This document shows positions 48,060 through 61,290 of a DNA stretch of 64,000 nucleotides, piece after piece. The DNA comes from Podarcis muralis (taxonomy: Eukaryota). The notes under the pieces were generated by a model. That model did no database searches, was not told where the DNA came from, and saw only the letters and a list, made by a program, of their open reading frames with translations. The position numbers and the translations under genes were made by a program. Where the stretch lies: NCBI RefSeq assembly GCF_964188315.1, contig NC_135655.1:46748001-46812000 (forward strand). Direction: 5' to 3'. Within the stretch, counting starts at the first letter, position 1. Every line of letters starts with the position of its first letter.

Positions 48060-48200
48060 GATAGCTCAGTCAGTAGAGCATTGGATTCTTAATCTCAGGG
48101 CTGTGGGTTTGAGCCCTATGTTGGGCAAAATACTCCTGCATTACAAGGGGTTGAACTAAATGACCCTCGTGGTCCCATCCAACTCTACAATTCTACGAGA
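48060..48200 (+). mobile_element. tRNA-Lys-derived SINE
   Basis: tagctcagtcagtagagcattggattcttaatctcagggctgtgggtttgagccc; same family as 2195-2338. Confidence 0.65.
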
Positions 48201-50779
48201 TTTGGTCAACAATAAAATTACATTGAGAAAACAAATACATCATAAATGAATAGATCAGATTAGTACATCAACATTGCTGGTTCAACCTTCAGGGAAAGCC
48301 TGAGTGGAAAGATAAGCTTTAAGCAGGCACCTAAATGCCACTAGTACAGGAATCTTCTTGATGTTCACTGGAAGCATATTGCAATGGGCAGGTGCCACAT
48401 CACTAAAAGTCCTGCTATTAATGAACCTAAGACAAACCTTGGGAGCAAACGGTACTACCAGGAGTGTCTCTCTTGAAAATGAAGTGACCACCAGCAGCAT
48501 ACAAGTGGTAAGGCATTCTTAGAAGTAGCGTGATGCCAAGCTGTTCAAGGCTTTATATACTAACAGCAAGACATTAAACTTGACTCAGTAGCATACTGGC
48601 AGTCAGTGCAGCTCTTTCAGTTAGGTGTTATATGCATGGCTGGCCCATCCATGAGGTGGGGGTGAAGCAGCAGCTTCAGGCAGCTGAAGCCCCCAAGGTG
48701 TTGTCCATCCACTCCGATGGACAAAATCTCATGAGATCTCATTGAGCTAAGATATTGGCACCACAGCTGGCAGAGGTGGGTGGAGCAGAGGGAGTGCTGG
48801 CAGCAATGCGGGCAAGTGGCACCATTTCACCTCAAGTGGCAAAATGGGATGCACCACCCCTGGTTATACATATGATATTAGTAGAGCACCCCTTTCAACA
48901 GCCTTGCTGCTACATTCTGCACTAAGCTGCAGCTTCTATATCAGCTTTAAGGGCAACCCCAGAGGGAGCATATTGCAGTAACCCTTATCTGGAGGTAACC
49001 ATTAACTAGACTAGTATGGTTTTGCTATCCAGGAACAGCTATAGCAGACACACCTGCTGAAGCTGGCAGAAGACACTCCTAGTCACTGAAGCAACTTGGA
49101 TGTCCAGTAACAAAGATGGTGCACCCCCAAGTTACATACCCGTTGCTACGAAGGGACTACAACCCCATCCTTAACAAGCAAGCAATTTGTTCAGCTCTGT
49201 TTCTAGACCTTTTCCCAGTCCACCACTGCTCCCAGGTACTACTGTGCCCAGTTCCTGCATGACAACACAAGATTTATGATGCCATGGAGAAACAGTAGAA
49301 TGCAGAATAGTGTTTAGTGAATGTTCTTGAGCAACAGAATGTTGTCTCTCCCCGCTCCCCTAGTGTGCCCCAATCTGTTCTAGAGTTCCCTCAACTCTCT
49401 GGAGCAGATTTTGGGAGGCCATACAGGGGGAGGATGGGGGAAGTCATGCTACACAGGCAGCTATCCTTACACTGATTGGACATAGTAATTGAATACTGCC
49501 CATAGATTTGAGTGCCATCAGCATCCTGAAGACCCATGTTCCAAATCCCCTAATGACTACTCTGACCTCACTCTTCACAATCCTTCCAAAAGTAACCTCC
49601 ATAACACTGTGTAACACTTCATGTATGGGATGAAGTGGACAGTAATCCACGAAAGTTTATGCCATAATAAATATATTCATCTTTATAGTGCCAGAAGGCT
49701 TTGCTTTTTCAGCAAAACAGGAAAATGAAAATGAAGGCTAAGCTTTTTGTAACAGAAAAGAAAGGATTTTTAATGATAATATGTTTACAATTGATTTTTC
49801 AACCTAAAATCAGTACACACACACCTTTTACCTTCCTCTTTCCAGAAGTGATAAGGTAACCATACCATTAACAGTGGTATAACATATGCCTACTCAAAAG
49901 AAATTCACACTGGATTTAATGGGACTTACTCCTACGTAAATAGATCTAGGATTGTAGTCTACCAGTGACATCTTCATACAGCTACCATAGCTTCCCATTC
50001 CTCCAGAATACAGCAAAAAACCAAAACAAAATCCTTGCATTTTACCATTGGCAGAGGGCTCAGGGTATCAGTTTTCCTCGTAGGGGTTCCTCTAACAATC
50101 TCCGTCACGACCTCGGGTCGCTCCAGCCGTTTTTGTCACGGCTCCTGGAACCACGAAGCTCTTCAAGCCGTTTCCCTCAGAGCTGAGAGATCTAGACTTC
50201 TCTCCCTCGCTTGCTGTGATCCACAGGACAGGATTTCTCCCCTGCCTCAAGAGGTGCCAGCCTGCTCCCTCCAAGCCTCAGCTGGTCCAAGTCCTCCCCC
50301 AAGCGGTGGTTTAGCAGCCAGGGAGCCGAGACGTCCAAAGTTTGCATGCTGCGTTTCATGCGTAAAATAAAAGAGAATAAAATTGACGAGGAGCTGATGG
50401 ATGAGGCGACCTCCCTGGCCGGTGCTGCTTCTGCTCTGCCCACCCCTCCTGGCTCGCAGGCGGGTCTTTGTGGGACCGCTTTGGGTTTTATATCCAAACA
50501 TTTGGGATTTAGATGATGGAAGTGGCGTCCCGCTTTTGAAAAATAGGCGCAATTCCTCATAGACGATGAACCTGAAGCCCTCTCCTTACTACTTGCAAAC
50601 AGTACTGCCTAAAATGTTGTCGCTACTGACTGCCTTTATATTTTGTGAGAGGGCGGTCTAAATCATTAATTATTGTTAATTATTATTAATGGTTATTATT
50701 GATTATTATTCATACCACCGCCCTTATATTTCGTGAGAGGGCGGCTTACAACATAAACATAATATAAATACTTCCATAA

Positions 50780-51400
50780 ATAATAAACGAACGAGACCCT
50801 CAGGACTCCGGAAACGACACGTCTCTCCACCCGCTCCCCGCACCTGAGGAAGCGACTGCCTGGCGGAGAAGGGCCCGCGGGCAATTTGCCAAAGCCCGTT
50901 GAGGACTTCGAGTCCCAGAATCCTCAGCGGGCGCCTTCCTTTCCTCCTGTCGTGAGGCTGATAAAACTGAAAGTGCTGCCGCCGCTGTTGCTGCTGCTGC
51001 TGCTGCGGCAGCCGCCGCTTTGGTCCGGTTGTTTCACCTTCAAACGCGCGGAGAAGGGGCGGCCGGGCGGGAGGCAGCGCCGCTGAGGAGCAAAGCATGA
51101 ACGGGGGAGTGGATTCCCTCCTCTCCGAGGAAGTGATCGATCTCACCAGAGGACCTTCAGGTACAACTCCAGAGTGGGGTGGGGGGTGGGGAGAGGGCGG
51201 CCGCCGCGTGGGCTTGGATCGCTGCCTTTCGCTTCCGAGATCTGACCCTGCAAACTTCCCCGAGGGCCGAGCAATCACCAACTTTCGGATCTGGGTCCTG
51301 ACTCTGGAGGTAGTAGGAAAGCGCCCGGCTGAGGCCTGTATACTTTTTGTCCTTGCGAAGGCGCTTATACAGAACTTCACTGCGTGGGCGAGAGGACGCC
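50780..51400 (+). promoter_or_regulatory. CpG island / promoter region of SYNJ2BP
   Basis: Dense CpG and GC-rich tract spanning the first coding exon; (CTG/GCC)n in the likely 5' UTR. Confidence 0.8.
51097..51160 (+). CDS. SYNJ2BP: SYNJ2BP coding exon 1
   Basis: MNGGVDSLLSEEVIDLTRGPS-G resembles the N-terminus of vertebrate SYNJ2BP (OMP25); donor cag|gtacaa; 64 nt. Confidence 0.92.
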
Positions 51401-52587
51401 TCTGTTTGGAAATGTTAATAATAGACTGTGCCGACTCGGTGCAGCTTTTTCGGCCTCTCTCTTCACCCCACCCCCTTGCAGCACGAGAGAGAACGGTTCC
51501 CACGGCATTGCAATCTGGCTCACATCACATTGCCTACCATTTTAAGTCGCTACATCACATGCTTACCATTTTGAGTTATTATATAGTTACTGGATCGAAG
51601 GCTTTAAACTTAACCTTCGGCCTCACTCAGAATTGCATTGATTTCTTAATAGGGCAAGCACATTTTTGTTTTTCTGAGAATATATTTGAGGCAAACTGCA
51701 TGTATTTGCAGGTGCAGTGGAACTCTGTATGATCTACCCACACACACCAGCAGCAGAATGCAAGACTGAGATTGCAGTCCTGTGCACACTTCCCTTGTAC
51801 TAAGTTCCCTTGAATGCAAGGGAGCTTCTGAATTAGAACATAAGAAGAGCCTGCTGGATCAGGCCAAGGGCCCATCTAGTCCAGCAGCCTGTTCTCATAG
51901 TGGAAAACCAGATACCTGTGGAAAACCAGCAAGCAGGATTCAGTCACAAGAGCAGAGCACTCACCCCTCCTATATACACAGATGTATAGACTTCCACTTG
52001 CTGCACGATAGAAGAGTGAGATAGAGCTGTTGCAGAAAGAAGGGAACTGCCCATATCCTATCATGTTTGCTACAGTTCAGAATTTGCCCCAAATTAAAGC
52101 TCATAATTCCTCCTTTGAATACTAAGATTCATACAGTACAGGCTACCTTTTCGCAACTTTGGTTCATTTTGATTGCTTTCTAATTTAGCATATTTGACAA
52201 TTTCATATCATGTGGCCTTGATTATTTCCTTTTAACATTGCCCAAGGGACTAATCCCAATGCTAATATGAATTGTGACCTGTGCTAATGGCATTCTCCAG
52301 TAGAAGAGTAGAATCTGGGTGTACTCATCACTCTCTGGCTCAAAATGATTCCTATTAACACCACAAAATATCTTACCCTGCCATTGCCATAGTAAAAAGG
52401 CAAGCCTCTTTTTAACCAGGATTTGCAAATCCTGCTTTCAAATTTTGATTAAAGTTGGAACCTTGGTTTAGACATTGGGTGCGGATGGAAAAGGTGAAGC
52501 ACGTTATGGCTGACTGGGAAGCATTTGAGCCTGCTGCTGACTTTTGTGTTTAAAAGATTGGCAGCATCTGGAATGGAATCTGGGATT

Positions 52588-52654
52588 TGAGAACAGTTTC
52601 AGGTTAAGAGCGGACCTCCAGAACGAATTAAGTTCTTAACCCAAGGTACCACTG
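52588..52654. mobile_element. Partial CAGTGGTACC-family MITE
   Basis: One TIR end ...aacccaaggtaccactg. Confidence 0.75.
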
Positions 52655-53822
52655 TACTAGTGGTTGCAGACTGGATCTGCACCCCACTTACCCCTCTCAT
52701 TGTCAACTCTTCTTTGTAGAATCTCCTGAATACTTTTCTGTAGAAATTTGGCCTTCTTGGTTGCCTGTCCTTTGCTGCCTGGAAAAGTGAGATGGCATGA
52801 ATAATGAACTCTAGGCTAGTAGGATTCAACTGTTTCAGGGCCAGGTCTATGCCTCAACATGGGGCTTTTCTTCCTTCCTTCCATATATATCCTTCGCTCT
52901 TTAGAGTGACCAGAAGCAAAGGCAGCAGGGCTGCCGTATTTTTGACAGCTGTATAAAAGAGGGGATTTTTTTTGTGTGGGCACAGCTTGACATGCAAGAG
53001 TGAAGATACCAAAATATTTTCTTTGACACATATATAATAGGTGAAGGAAATCTGTCACCTGTATCTGGTCACTATTTCTCACCACCACCATCATTCTCCT
53101 TTAAAATTAACAAACTGGAGCCACTGATGTGACCGACCGTAGACTGGGCCCCAATCCACTCACTTTACTCTCTGTCTCTGAAATGCTGCTTGTTGCTCAC
53201 AAGCAATTTCTCTAACAGTCCAAATTCGGTCTAGCCAAACCTTCCCCAACTGGGTGCCCGCCAATATTTTTTGGCTACAAGTGCTGTTAGCCACAGCCAG
53301 CATCTCTGGTAGTTGGGGATGATGGAAGTTGTAGTCCAAGGCATCTGCTTGGGGAAGGCTGGCCTAGCCTGCTAAAATTCTTAGCAACTGACAAGGCAAC
53401 CTGCATCAGAACTATTTGATCTTGCACAGTCCTCATAGGATTATGCCATTTTCTAGTACAGATGAAGGATCACATGTTTGAACACCTTGTATCATCATCA
53501 TCATTATCTGCACATGAGCAGAGAAGATTTAATCCTAGCCATTTGAGCCGAGGGAGCAGTCACACATGGAATCTACCACTTGAGAATACAGAGCATGAAG
53601 TTCTGGGAGCATGTAGTGTGCTTTTCTTCTTGGATGAGCCTCAGGATATAAAAACAGTAAACGAGGGGCAGAAAAGTGATTTAAACATTACTCTTGATTT
53701 TGTGTATATATGTTGATAAATGCACAATTCATTTTTTTGTCTTGCAAAAAAAATTGCAACTAGATATTCTGTCATTACGCCCGTAACCTAGCTTTAAGGG
53801 GGCATTAGGTGAATAGCTAATA

Positions 53823-54031
53823 CAGTGGTACCTCAGGTTAAGAACTTAATTCGTTCTGGAGGTCTGTTCTTAACCTGAAGCACCACTTTAGCTAATGGGG
53901 CCTCCTGCTGCCGCTGCGCCGCCACCGCACGATTTCTGTTCTCATCCTGAAGCAAAGTTCTTAACCCGAGGTAATATTTCTGGGTTAGAGGAGTCTGTAA
54001 CCTGAAGCGTATGTAACCCGAGGTACCACTG
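53823..54031. mobile_element. CAGTGGTACC-family MITE in SYNJ2BP intron 1
   Basis: TIRs and TA flanks. Confidence 0.9.
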
Positions 54032-54398
54032 TATATTTGAGTTTCTAACACTGGCTTTGTCTGATTAAGGTATGTGAAATGTACAAATTCAATTTTACAT
54101 AAGGAAACATTTGCCTGACCTCATTCTTATGTGAAGATCGTGTATCCAGAAAGAAGGCCCTAAAACTATTGTAATTTCAGGCTTCTTTCCAAACCGTGTT
54201 ACTTAACATTAAAGTGAAAAATATGCTTTTACTAGAATTGGTTTTTGTTTTTTTAAAAAAATATAGCATTGGCCTCGATCCCAGCTTTTGGCGTAGAGTT
54301 CTACTGGCCTAGAAGGATGGCCTCAGTTGGATATTTTGGGTGCCTGGCTTCTTTCTAGTCCTGGTTCTTATTTCTGTCTACCTTGTTCTTGTTCTTAG

Positions 54399-54535
54399 GT
54401 TTGGGGTTTAATATAGTCGGTGGAACAGACCAGCAGTACATCTCCAATGACACGGGCATCTACGTTAGTCGAATCAAAGAAGATGGAGCTGCCGCCCTTG
54501 ATGGACGCCTGCAGGAGGGGGACAAAATTTTAGCA
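54399..54535 (+). CDS. SYNJ2BP: SYNJ2BP coding exon 2 (PDZ domain)
   Basis: ttag|...[45 protein letters not shown]|gtaag; 137 nt, restores frame with exon 1. Confidence 0.95.
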
Positions 54536-55987
54536 GTAAGTAGTTTAGGCCCCTCCACAGAAATGGTTTCAGGCTCCACAGAAATGGTTTCAGGTTCCTC
54601 CTGCCTGAGAGCTGTTTGTTTCTGCTGTTCCTCCACCTTTCTAGAAGTTTGGACTGTTTGCCTCTGCGGGAAAAGAAACCTTACTGATATCTTCCAAGTT
54701 TTCTCCCCCCCCCCCCAAGCTGAAATTTAAAGTAGCAAATATTGCCTCACAGTAAAGGCTCTGTTGCACATTGGAAATGTAATATGTACTCACTGGTGCC
54801 CTTAGGTCGTCACACATCATTTTTCATTATGTGAGCCATATAAAAATGCGCTGTAAAGAGCCACAGATTTCCCTAGTGTGTTTCTAGAGTATGCATTGCT
54901 CTCGGTTTGGAACCACTGTTTAACTTATGCTGCTCCATTCATGTATGTGGTGTTTTCAAGAGTAAGACGAGCAAATAAGACAAGAGTCCCTGCTCTAAGA
55001 AGCTCACAAATCTAATTCCTCACATTGGTGCATGCTGGGAAACAGAAGGAGAGGCAAGGTGACTAGGGATGCAAAAATGCAGTGTGAGAACCAAGTTTCA
55101 CTGGTTGAGGGTGGAATTTCCCTGCCCCAAATCTCGTTCTATTTGTCAACTTATTATTATTTTTGCTTCACATGAAGATTGTCTTCAGGGCATCACAGTG
55201 TGCATGCAGTTGTGAGGGTGGGGAGATATGTAACCACGTTTCTCATAGCTCTGGACTCTGGAAATGAGCATGTGCTAACTTTTAATATTTACATTGGCTG
55301 TATTTTTATTGAGCCCTCCTTCTAAACAATACTCTTGATTTTAAGTAGAAATACTCATTTATAAGCAACTTTCTTCGGGAGGCAGTGATGTGGCTATGTA
55401 GACATCCCTACTGCTTTGATTTGTTTTCGTCTAAGCCCGTGTGGTTGGATACTAAGGCTTTCCTGCGCCTCAGTTTATGTGTGTGTGTCTGCCTCATCCA
55501 ACCCGTCTGTTCTCACCTGGAAAATAGGTGACCTATGACAAATCCACAGCATCTAACAAAAAGAAGGTACACTTAGGCTGGGATAGTAATTGATTCAAAT
55601 TGGATTTGTTTAGAGGTACTTGTTGGAATACTATCATATTGTGCTGTTTATTTTACAGTGCAGTACTTAAAATAGATAGGAATTCTAAATTGTTCTCAAT
55701 GAGATTTATCCCAAGTAACGTACATTTACTGCTGAACACGTAAAACTTTCCAATGCCAGCGTGATTTCACAAGCTTGGGTGTTTGCCTATAGTTAAGAAG
55801 TTATGGATTTTCTGTTTCAAGAATATATGGAGAATCCTGGCCGTTTCACTGCCTGTTCCCAAAATGTAAAAGGGTGTGAAGCCCTTTGAACGCTTACATA
55901 CTGTGTCAATGCTATGTACAATCCAGCATCTAACCTGGCTTGTCCGTGTATGCCTAATTTGTTGTTTTAAAATGGTTTTTTTCTCAG

Positions 55988-56083
55988 GTTAATGGCAAGG
56001 AGCTGAAGAATATGCTGCACCAGCACGTTGTGGATCTGTTCAGGACTGCGGGTGATAAAGTATCACTAAAGGTTCAACATAGG
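55988..56083 (+). CDS. SYNJ2BP: SYNJ2BP coding exon 3
   Basis: ctcag|VNGKELKNMLHQHVVDLFRTAGDKVSLKVQHR|gtgtgt; 96 nt. Confidence 0.93.
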
Positions 56084-57334
56084 GTGTGTATTATTTTGTT
56101 TCTTGGAACTTACCGCTATAGCTTGAAAGGTTATGCCCTGCCAACTGCTGCTTCTGAGGTAATCCATGAAGGTGAGGAGCCTTAAGAAGATGGGGGGCAG
56201 AAAGAGTTCCTATCTGGCTGTATATATATTTTAAACATGAAACTTTTCAATCCCTGTGTTACTCGCGGTGCCCTTTTTTCTGGTGTTCTTCCACCCACTG
56301 GAAAGATTTTGGATTGTGTAGTCTCAAGGCAAATGAGGTCACTACTTTGCTGAAGCTAAGCAGGTCTGGGTTTAGTCAGTATCTGGATGGGAACCTGAGA
56401 AGCCAGTGGCTGCCAACCTGAGTTTAATGATGGAAGGAAGTTGGTCTATAAATGTAATAAGCTAAACAAATATTTGTTGTTGGTATGCCCCCATGGCAGT
56501 GTTGGGGAGCCTGCAGGGCTAATCCATCCCACCAGGTGGCCTCATTTGACCTGCCAAGCCATATTGGCCAAGCCACGTTCTCCTGCCCCACACCTGACTT
56601 CATATATAACATGAGGTGAGGGGAAGGTAAAGATGTGGCTGCGTCTAAAAAGGGTTTGCAAGCACCTGTTAGGCAGCACCTACAAAGCCCTGTGCTGCAG
56701 TGTGATGTGTCTTCAAGAGTGTCTCTCAGTTCTCTTGTTTCCTAACCCTGTAAATGATTGCTGTTGCCACACACATGTGGTCACCTTCAGAATAAATCTC
56801 ACTCAACATGTGATATGTCGAAGGTAAAACCCTCTCTTTGATTACTGTAGCATGGAAAAAGATTTTCCAGCATCGGCATCATAATTATATTAAAAAAGAG
56901 TCTCTCTTGTCCCAAGCAGGTTATGATCCAAAGTTTGAGGTTGAAGGTGGTTGGTGGGCTTTGTGGGAAAAGTGGCTATTGAGGAAGGTGTCTGCAGTCT
57001 GCCTTCAGCAATGACAAGAAGCCATTCTCTAGAGGTGGGAGACTTTATGACTTATCTCAAGCATAATGTGGAGGCTAGATTTGGCGAAGGTAGGACATTG
57101 AAAATAAAAAAGAAAGTTCGGGCAGTCTCATTCTTGTGCAAAGAGCACAAGCCGTCTAGGGTTAATGAATGTTCAGCTTTGTCAAATACTAACTTGGAGC
57201 AGAATCATCCTCTGGTTTCCCGACTTGAGGGTCTTGCTCCTGCTTGGCTTGAGAAGTACGTGATCCTTAGAAATTGCTTGAGGTTTCTTGCTCTGGCTTG
57301 GCTGTCCTCAATGCTGCTCTCCTTCCTGTTTCAG

Positions 57335-57475
57335 CTGCTGCCCCAGAATGGTCCCTCAAGCCACCGAGGGGACGGAGACCCGGGAGGCCTTCCTTTGGCG
57401 GTTATCTTAGTGCCGGGGCTGGCCATAGTAGCGGCTGCCGTGTGGGCCTTCGTGAGATATCGGCAACGGGTGTGA
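57335..57475 (+). CDS. SYNJ2BP: SYNJ2BP coding exon 4 (C-terminal membrane anchor)
   Basis: ttcag|LLPQNGPSSHRGDGDPGGLPLAVILVPGLAIVAAAVWAFVRYRQRV*; spliced total 145 aa. Confidence 0.95.
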   Translation: MLPQNGPSSHRGDGDPGGLPLAVILVPGLAIVAAAVWAFVRYRQRV

Positions 57476-60197
57476 CTTGACACCACTTCTTCTGGAAGAC
57501 CCACAGATCTACAAAATAATTTAAAGAGAGCAAATCAACAATCTTATTCTGGACTGGCATGGGGGAGGGAAGGAGAGAATCATTGCCTGATGTAAAGTTG
57601 CTGCTGCTTGTGATGTTGCGTATTTCATGTATATGGAGGCACGGTGATTGTTTCTGGACTTGGGTTGTCCCACTTCACGGGTTCTGCTGAAGATGGCATA
57701 ATCGCCTTCTGATTTTTCTTTTTCTTTTTTTGTCCCCTGAATGTTTTTGAAATGTGGGCTGTGATGCACAAGATCTATACAGTGAGCGTCTCGTGACCAG
57801 AGAGGGCTTTTATCATCCTTCTACTGCCTCTTGACAAGCTGCTTCTGTAACTTGGGCAAAACTTCTGGAGAAGTTGCGAGCCCAGCTGTGGTATGGTGGT
57901 GCTGTGGGGAGTCAAAATGCCTTGGAGCAGGCAGCAGCTTCTGCTCGCCTGTTCAAAGAGCCTCTCTGGATTACAGATGCAGCATCTAAGTGGGTTGTTT
58001 TTGGTTTTATGGTAAATGAAATTTTATTTTTAGAATTTTCCCTTTTTTCTTTCAAGTTTTCTCACAACCCATACACATGCCCCTTGGACTGGGAGAGGAA
58101 TGTATATAATGGTTGTGGTGGGCAGACTATTCTTTTAAAGGTATGCCTTAGAGAAGGATATTGAGTTTAGTCTAAGGCTTTTTAGACTAAAGTCCCCACT
58201 TCAGGTGGATTGCTGGTACAAAATAAGCCATAAGTGTGGGGATTGCCCTGAAAGGGCAGGAGGTGGCATAGATTAACAGGGCCATGTGGGGAAGGGAATG
58301 AGGTGCCAGCCACAGAGGCTGCTTAGGTTTTGTTCATGGACTTGGAAATACGTTCCATTGAAATTGGTGGGGTTGACTCCCAAGTAAATACATGCATAGG
58401 ATTAGAATACAAGGAAAAGGTTCAAATGAGATGTAACAGGAAGCCCTAGTTGCAATGAGGGATCGTGCTCAGCTTCTTGAGAAGAAGCAGGAATCCATTG
58501 GGGTGAAAAAAAGCATGAAATATTAAGTAAGCCTTCCCCAAACTGGTGCACTCCAGATGCTAGTAGGACTACAACTCCCATCATCCTTGACCATGCCGTC
58601 TCAGGGTGATGGGAGTTGGAGTCCAGCAACATCTGGAGGGCATCAAGTTGGGGAAGTGCATTAAGGCAAAGCAAAACTTGGGGGGGGGGGGGTCTAATCA
58701 AAGAGTGCAGCTTTCCGTTTATGGAAAGCTATATTGGGGTAGAATATTCATTTTCCCTGTGATACTTCTCTGCCAAAGTGGATGCATCTTCATGAGGGGT
58801 CTTGTTTGTCTACCCAACACTACTCTTTATGGAGAAGAACTGGGTGATGTGGCTTCTAGGAAGCGTAGCGATAGCTAATATTTACTTGGGAGAATTAGTT
58901 TGGTGACACGTTTACTTTGGAGAAACAAAGCTAGCCTTGCCCACTCTGATTGTACATCTGCCCAGGAGATGCCTGTGCTACCAATTTCATGCTTCCGGCC
59001 AAGTCAGCCTTGGGGCAGGGGAGGAGAAAGTTCAGCTAACTGTCACTGGGCTGTCATGGTACAACTAGGTGTGTCGAACTAAACTTACCTTTCTGCCTTG
59101 AACAGTTTGGGCAGGAAGATCAATGCTTGAGCTGAAGATTAGCGACTGCAAACCCCAGAGGACAGTGTGTGTCATACTGCCTCCTTATTAACCCAGTTCA
59201 TCCATCATGGTTCTTGACACCTTTAGGAAGTAGGAAAATATTATGCATGGCCCCATTGCATTTCCTTGCCTTTGCTTAAGCAGTGATTGTATGAGAATTA
59301 TAGTCAACTGACAGCTAACCTTGCAATGATCTGGGGTAAATTCAGTGTTCATTTCAGAAGGACAAAAGCTGTAATCCTAAGCACAGTTACTAGGAAGTCA
59401 ATCCAATGGAACTCTGGAGATTCCTTCTAAGAAATCATGTTTTGGGTTGAGAGATCAAATTAGTTCCCCCGGTCCTGGAGTACTAAGTGTCTCTTTCAAG
59501 TAATGAACATTGCATGTTCATGCCACACATCATCTGACTGAAGAGCCTGAATAGATTCCTATAAATGCCCAGTACAGTTTTTGAGCCATAATCTGTGGGC
59601 CTTGCTGCGATGAACCATTTTTTTAATAGAGGTGTTAGATGATGTTGAGATGGGACGCAAAGGAAAGGCAGCAACAACTTCACTTTCAAGACAATTAACC
59701 TTCCCACGTGGATTGCATTTTACTGTTCGATGGCTTGAGCAGCATCCGTTTCACGTTTCTTTGAGCGAATGTGTTTCCTGTACTTTGCAAAAGAACGTTG
59801 ATGTGAGAGATCTGTATGATGCCAAAAAAAATCACATATGCAATATATATATTGAGACTATAAATTGTAGTCTTACAGTGCTTTGCTTTCCTAATCTCTT
59901 AGCTTTTCTTTACAGGATTTTGAGGAAATGCTTGAGGTGTTTGTCATGACTGGTGCTTGGCTAGTGTAGAGCCCCCCACCCCTTTCCTGAACTTGAAAGA
60001 AGGGCTATAGCTTGGTGGTAGACGATCTACTTTGCATGGAGAAGGTCCCATGTTCAGTCCCTGGCATCTCCAGGTGGAGCTGGAAAAGACTTCTGAAAAT
60101 CCTGGAGAGCTGCGGCCAGTCAGTGTTGACAATGCTGAGCCTTATGAACCAGTGGTCTGACTTCCTAGGGAAACTGGTTCCAGCAACCAGAACTTAG

Positions 60198-60543
60198 GTA
60201 AAGGTAAAGGTACCCCTGCCCGTACGGGCAGTCGTGTCCGACTCTAGGGTTGTGCACTCATCTCACTTAAGAGGCTGGGGGCCAGCGCTGTCCACAGACA
60301 CTTCCGGGTCACATGGCCAGCATGATGAAGCTGCTCTGGCGAGCCTGCACCAGCACAGCACACGGAAACGCCGTTTACCTTCCCGCTATAAAGCGGTACC
60401 TATTTATCTACTTGCACTTAAGGGTGCTTTCGAACTGCTAGGTGGGCAGGAGCTGGGACCGAAAGACGGGAGCTCACCCCGCTGCGGGGATTCGAACCGC
60501 CGACCATGCGACCGGCAAGTCCCACAGCGCCACCCGCGTCCCT
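60198..60543 (-). mobile_element. Sauria SINE, full length
   Basis: Reverse complement of 3376-3730; 13-bp TSD aaccagaacttag (60185-60197 / 60544-60556). Confidence 0.9.
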
Positions 60544-61081
60544 AACCAGAACTTAGTGCCATTAATATTATGCATTTACATACCATTTTCCAGTCCAAAG
60601 GTCCCCAAACCAGCAAACATCATATGAACAAAACAAAAGATATAGTGAGCTACAGGAAAATGTGATTCAGCAAGGGGATCGCAAGGGAAGAGAGTGGTGT
60701 CCTGTTTGTGGGCTTCCCCAGAGGCTTCTGCTTGGCTGCTGAGATAACAATATTGGTGGGCTGGATGGGCCTTTGGTCTAATCCAGCAGGGCACTGTTTA
60801 ATAATCAAACCCTAATGAAATTCAAATCTCACCATCCAGCTCAAGATGACTGTCAGAAATCAAAGTCACATAAATGGTTGGCTAAAAATAAATACAAAAT
60901 AGAAAGTGGACAGCTGGCACCTCCACTAGCAATAGGTGACGTCAAGTGATTCCCATGGAAGGAACGGCAGGATGGAAAGGGGAGTCCTTGGCCACATTCT
61001 CTGCTGCGACAGCCAGTGACCTCTGCAAGCAGCAGGGCAAATGGAGACTTGGTGGTAGCTTGGCCCCTCCCTCTACACCAG

Positions 61082-61290
61082 CATGGTGTAGTGGTTAAGA
61101 GCAGGGGACTCGTAATCTGGTGAACCGGGTTCGCTTCCCCGCTCCTCCACTTGCAGCTGCTGGGTGATCTTGGGCTAGTCACACTTCTCTGAAGTCTCTC
61201 AGCCTCAGGAAGGAAAAGGAGATTGTTAGCTGCTTTGAGACTCCTTAAGGGGAGTGAAAGGCGGGATATTGAGTCCAGACTCCTCTTCTC
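61082..61290 (+). mobile_element. tRNA-derived SINE with L2-like tail
   Basis: tggtgtagtggttaagagc...ggttcgcttcccc head; tail gttagctgctttgagactcc...aaaggcgggatat. Confidence 0.6.

Noticed and set aside
51161-51732. 211-aa ORF continuing from SYNJ2BP exon 1, and the 259-aa antisense ORF 50724-51503
   Set aside because: Read-through into a GC-rich intron or CpG island; homology ends at the canonical donor at 51161.
54553-54594. 21-bp tandem duplication (ctccacagaaatggtttcagg x2) near the SYNJ2BP exon 2 donor
   Set aside because: An ordinary intronic slippage duplication outside the splice consensus.
60937-60944. Perfect CRE palindrome TGACGTCA
   Set aside because: A single 8-mer without promoter context is expected by chance in 64 kb.
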